From a virus (lineage: Duplodnaviria > Caudoviricetes), in IMG/VR virus record IMGVR_UViG_2808606883_000001, positions 3,917-67,916 of that record: DNA of 64,000 bases. One strand, given 5' to 3'. The position numbers and the translations under genes are program-made. The first letter of the stretch is position 1; the number at the start of each line of letters is the position of its first letter. Below are positions 63,402 to 64,000 of the stretch, piece after piece. Below the pieces are notes generated by a model. It made no database searches. It had not been told where the DNA came from and was given only the letters and a program-made list of their open reading frames with translations.

Positions 63402-64000
63402 CTCCGCGGGACTTCGCCATACTGGCGCAGGAAGCCTACAAAGCAAAACCGGACATCGGCTCGGCTCCGGGCCCATCTTGCGCGATAGTGCGGCAAACGC
63501 TGGCCGGACTCGTCATCGCATTCCCTGGTACGGATAGCTTTGCTGACCTTTTGGCGGACTTCGATGTGAAGCCCGATCCAGTTCCGTTTCTCGGGCATGT
63601 GCATGGCGGCTTTTGGGATGCCTATGCGGCCATCCAAGACGAAGTAATTGCTGCGGCGGGTGGTCAAGAAGTTATCTTCGTCGGTCATTCGCTTGGCGCT
63701 GCACTCGCCATCGTGGCCGCAGCGTCGTTCGTTGCGAACGGCAACTCGGTTAAGGCTGTATGGGGCTTTGCGCCGCCCCGCGTGAGCCCCGAGCCGAATA
63801 TTTCGACGGTGCTCGCCAAAACGCCGATGGCGCTCTACCGTAACGGGAATGATGCCGTGCCTGCAGTGCCGCCACTGTGGCCTCAAAGCGGTTCGTTGAC
63901 ACAGATCGGCAAGGCCGCACTGCCCTTCATCAATTTCAAAGACCACGCATTGACACGGTACATCGATGCATTGGCGGCGATGGAGCCAGAAGCCGCATAA
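63398..64000 (+). CDS. Lipase, class 3 (alpha/beta hydrolase)
   Basis: IAFPGTD, VHGGF, FVGHSLGAALA nucleophile elbow, FAPPRV, DAVPAVP, C-terminal H. Confidence 0.88.
   Translation: MTPRDFAILAQEAYKAKPDIGSAPGPSCAIVRQTLAGLVIAFPGTDSFADLLADFDVKPDPVPFLGHVHGGFWDAYAAIQDEVIAAAGGQEVIFVGHSLGAALAIVAAASFVANGNSVKAVWGFAPPRVSPEPNISTVLAKTPMALYRNGNDAVPAVPPLWPQSGSLTQIGKAALPFINFKDHALTRYIDALAAMEPEAA

Larger units (their letters stand above)
1..64000. mobile_element. Temperate phage/prophage (lambdoid early region, contractile-tail morphogenesis module); both ends lie outside the window
   Basis: Continuous phage gene order: recombination, cI/cro, O-like/DnaB, nin, Q-like, terminase, portal, capsid, sheath, baseplate, fibres, lysis. 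No host housekeeping genes seen. Confidence 0.97.

Noticed and set aside
1-64000. Integrase, att sites, IS elements, CRISPR arrays, rRNA
   Set aside because: None were recognisable in the window; the prophage boundaries lie outside it.

Overview
The whole window is the interior of a lambdoid-organised temperate phage/prophage with a contractile (myovirus-type) tail. GC content, codon style and gene content suggest a Burkholderia-like betaproteobacterial host (inference). No integrase or att site is visible. The order is: leftward early operon (mosaic accessory genes, C5 DNA methyltransferase, DGR cassette, recombination genes, tRNA-like element, about 1 kb structured non-coding RNA candidate), cI/cro switch with five related operators, replication (O-like initiator with iterons, DnaB), nin-like region, Q-like gene with pR'/tR', structured RNA candidate plus 3 tRNAs, packaging/head/tail genes, a reverse-strand moron (HTH, outer-membrane barrel, GT4 glycosyltransferase) and lysis genes. 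The main system is a complete diversity-generating retroelement (RT, Avd, 89-nt template repeat). It diversifies THREE small DUF1566/C-type-lectin-like early proteins rather than a tail fibre: two are adjacent and one is about 8.6 kb from the TR. All 36 TR/VR mismatches fall on TR adenines. Other notable items are an overprinted ORF inside the methyltransferase, a GIY-YIG-like domain inserted in the replication initiator, an apparently non-cleavable CI, a hidden antisense Imm-like superinfection-immunity gene, and one beta-rich module inserted in three different virion proteins. Family assignments are from motif recognition by eye; no database searches were run.
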